The notes under the pieces: generated by a model
Databases searched by the model: none
What the model was told of the DNA's origin: nothing
Seen by the model: only the letters and a program-made list of their open reading frames with translations
Program-made: the position numbers and the translations under genes
Shown: positions 31,682-32,000 of the stretch, in pieces
Layout of the letters: each line of letters opens with the position of its first letter
Position numbering within the stretch: position 1 is the first letter of the stretch
Assembly: GCF_018687975.1 (NCBI RefSeq)
Contig: NZ_CP061310.1
Span: 1,493,584 to 1,525,583 of the forward strand
Reading direction: 5' to 3'
From: Polynucleobacter sp. es-EL-1
GTDB taxonomy: Bacteria > Pseudomonadota > Gammaproteobacteria > Burkholderiales > Burkholderiaceae
DNA: 32,000 nucleotides

Positions 31682-32000
31682 TTAATCTTCCTCGAGGAAG
31701 GTCTTAAGTTTGTCGCTACGGCTTGGATGACGCATTTTGCGGAGTGCCTTAGCTTCAATCTGACGAATACGCTCACGCGTTACGTCAAACTGCTTTCCAA
31801 CTTCTTCGAGAGTATGGTCTGTGCTCATTTCAACACCAAAGCGCATACGCAATACTTTTGCTTCACGTGGCGTTAATGAATCCAATACATCTTTCACCAC
31901 ATCGCGCATCGAGTCATGCAATGCCGCCTCAGCTGGAGCCAATGTATTGCCATCCTCAATGAAGTCGCCCAAATGAGAGTCTTCATCGTCACCAATTGGC
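31682..32000 (-). CDS. rpoD: RNA polymerase sigma-70 factor RpoD, C-terminal part (gene continues beyond the window)
   Basis: The frame stays open to the window edge. Region 4 ([42 protein letters not shown]) is nearly identical to the E. coli RpoD C-terminus as I recall it. Confidence 0.9.
   Translation of the reverse strand, partial: PIGDDEDSHLGDFIEDGNTLAPAEAALHDSMRDVVKDVLDSLTPREAKVLRMRFGVEMSTDHTLEEVGKQFDVTRERIRQIEAKALRKMRHPSRSDKLKTFLEED

Noticed and set aside
31546-31972. ORFs 31546-31776 (-) and 31673-31876 (+), and the ATG at 31972 as the rpoD start
   Set aside because: The first two are shadow frames over vapC and rpoD. The rpoD frame stays open to the window edge, and the encoded sequence is only the C-terminal region of a much longer sigma factor.

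Overview
The window looks like a low-GC proteobacterial chromosome. The RpoD C-terminus and the gene content fit a betaproteobacterium, but that is inference only.

Layout:
- Left core (1-~6100): a DevABC-type ABC exporter, then a divergent locus with an ArsR-rhodanese fusion regulator, a periplasmic rhodanese, a SAM methyltransferase and a TonB-like protein.
- Centre (~6170-30351): a ~24 kb mosaic genomic island. (a) tRNA-Phe 3'-end scars and a decayed tRNA-Phe. (b) A heavy-metal RND efflux module bracketed by ~150-bp direct repeats. (c) A block of uncharacterised plasmid/ICE-like genes with two tyrosine recombinases. (d) A type I R-M hsdM-hsdS-hsdR module.
- Right core: a tRNA-Ile(CAU) gene, a vapBC-like TA pair and the 3' end of rpoD.

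Most notable observations:
1. The tRNA-Ile(CAU) gene is split after the anticodon by a 216-nt Azoarcus-type group I intron.
2. An orphan identical copy of the 37-nt 5' exon lies 231 bp upstream of the real one.
3. A perfect 21-bp palindrome, AGCGTTACTTAAAGTAACGCT, or a close variant, sits at six module junctions of the island and nowhere in the flanking core.
4. Three periplasmic proteins of the metal-efflux operon share a mature N-terminal G-P/A-G-H motif.
5. A three-gene operon, a 319-aa protein and a catalytic-domain-only recombinase have no assignable function.

I saw no CRISPR array, rRNA or transposase. All calls come from reading the sequence and the ORF track, and no database search was possible.
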